64,000 nucleotides of DNA from Ancylonema sp. Taxonomy: Eukaryota. The stretch is taken from positions 1 through 64,000 of the forward strand of contig JBFLGF010000188.1 in assembly GCA_050230475.1 (NCBI GenBank). Direction: 5' to 3'. Below the pieces are notes generated by a model. That model searched no databases, was not told the DNA's origin, and saw only the letters and a program-made list of their open reading frames with translations. Below, piece after piece: positions 62,801-64,000 of the stretch (the first letter of the stretch is position 1; each line of letters opens with the position of its first letter). The position numbers and the translations under genes are program-made.

Positions 62801-64000
62801 AACTTCTACAAGAAGTTCATCATGGGCTACTCTACCCTATCCTGTCCCTTCACCTCTCTCACCCGCAAGGGGGCCAAGTTTCAGTGGACTCCCGAGGCGG
62901 AGGCTGCCTTCCAATCCCTCAAGACTGCCTTCACCTCGGCCCCCGACCTGCAACACTTCCAGCCAGACTTACCTCTGACCATAGAGGCTGATGCCTCCGA
63001 CTTTGGACTGGGTTGCGTCCTCTCCCGGAATGACGCGGCAGGCGAGCTCCACCCCATCGCTTACTACTCGAGGAAATTTTGTGCTACGGAGCTCAACTAC
63101 CCTATCTACGACGAGGAGTTGTTGGCGATTGTGGCTGCCTTCCGCCAATGGCGGGTCTACCTAGAGGGAGCTGTCCACCCCATCGTTGTCTATACGGACC
63201 ACAAAAACCTGGAATACTTCTAAGCAGCTCGAACGACATCTAGACGACACGCTCGGTGGGCCGAGACGCTAGCAGCCTACGACTTTTCCATCGTCTACCG
63301 GAAGGGCGCCAGCAACGGCAAGCCAGACGCCCTATCCCGCAGACGTGACTACTTTCCGCTAGCACTATCCCCCCACCCTGTCCTTCCCGAGCCCGCTATC
63401 CTCCCCCCCCCCCCCTACGCGCTGCAGCTATTCTTCTAAGCCCTTCCGACCCCCTTCTCCCAGACATTCGGGCTGCCCAGCTAGCGGACCCCACCCTACA
63501 GGCTATCGCTACAACCCTACAACTCGGACCCGCTCGGGAATCCAACCCGAGTCGCACTGCAGGCGAGTCCCGATTCCCCTACACCCTAAGAGACGGCCTT
63601 CTCTACCACGGCAGCCGCCTCGCAATCCCCCCTCCAGTTTCAAACCTTATCCTATCTATCTTGACTCAGTATCACGACGCACCTATGGCAGGCCACTTCG
63701 GCAGTGCCCGTACGCACGCGCTGGTGGCGCAGTACTTCCACTGGCCTGGTTTATCAAAAGCAATGGAGGAGTACGTTCGCACGTGCGACGTTTGCGCCCG
63801 GAACAAGCCGGTGCGCCACGCGCCATACGGACTGCTGTCCCCCCTACCTATCCCTACCCAGCCATGATCCAACGTCTCCCTAGACTGGATCACTGACCTA
63901 TCTCCTAGCGACTACCACGATGCGATTCTCGCAGTCGTCGACCGGCTGACGAAGCAAGCCCACTTCATCCCTACCCCCACGGCCATGGCGGCGTTTGAGA
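59835..64000 (+). mobile_element. Gypsy family C element, copy 3 (5' LTR 59835-60297, gag, PR, RT, RNase H, integrase; runs off the right edge)
   Basis: [63 protein letters not shown]. Several stops and frameshifts. Confidence 0.95.

Overview
Eukaryotic genomic DNA, most likely from a streptophyte green alga. This is inferred from an expansin, a plant-type SMP-domain synaptotagmin, and the transposon lineages present. The first ~12 kb holds two divergently oriented host genes. One is the 5' part of an intron-rich synaptotagmin/NTMC2-like SMP-domain gene on the minus strand (5 exons reconstructed; it runs off the left edge). The other is an alpha-expansin-like gene on the plus strand. From ~13.5 kb to the end lies a nest of decayed transposons. 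These include (i) a long-LTR Ty3/Gypsy family ('B') with an uncharacterised post-protease domain, (ii) a chromovirus-like Ty3/Gypsy family ('C') with a Tf1-type self-priming PBS and an AAAAAAC -1 frameshift signal, (iii) several Ty1/Copia elements with a GGTTATGGGCCCA (internal tRNA-iMet) PBS, and (iv) hAT and TA-flanked MITEs. The most notable signal is two decayed fragments of a DNMT3-like cytosine-5 methyltransferase (~49290-49625 plus strand, ~52060-52288 minus strand), which the ORF track largely misses. One follows the family-B LTR and leader. The other runs directly into the Gypsy pre-RT linker, indicating a retrotransposon polyprotein that carried its own DNA methyltransferase. All calls come from manual translation and motif recognition; no searches were run. 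Coordinates of decayed fragments are approximate.
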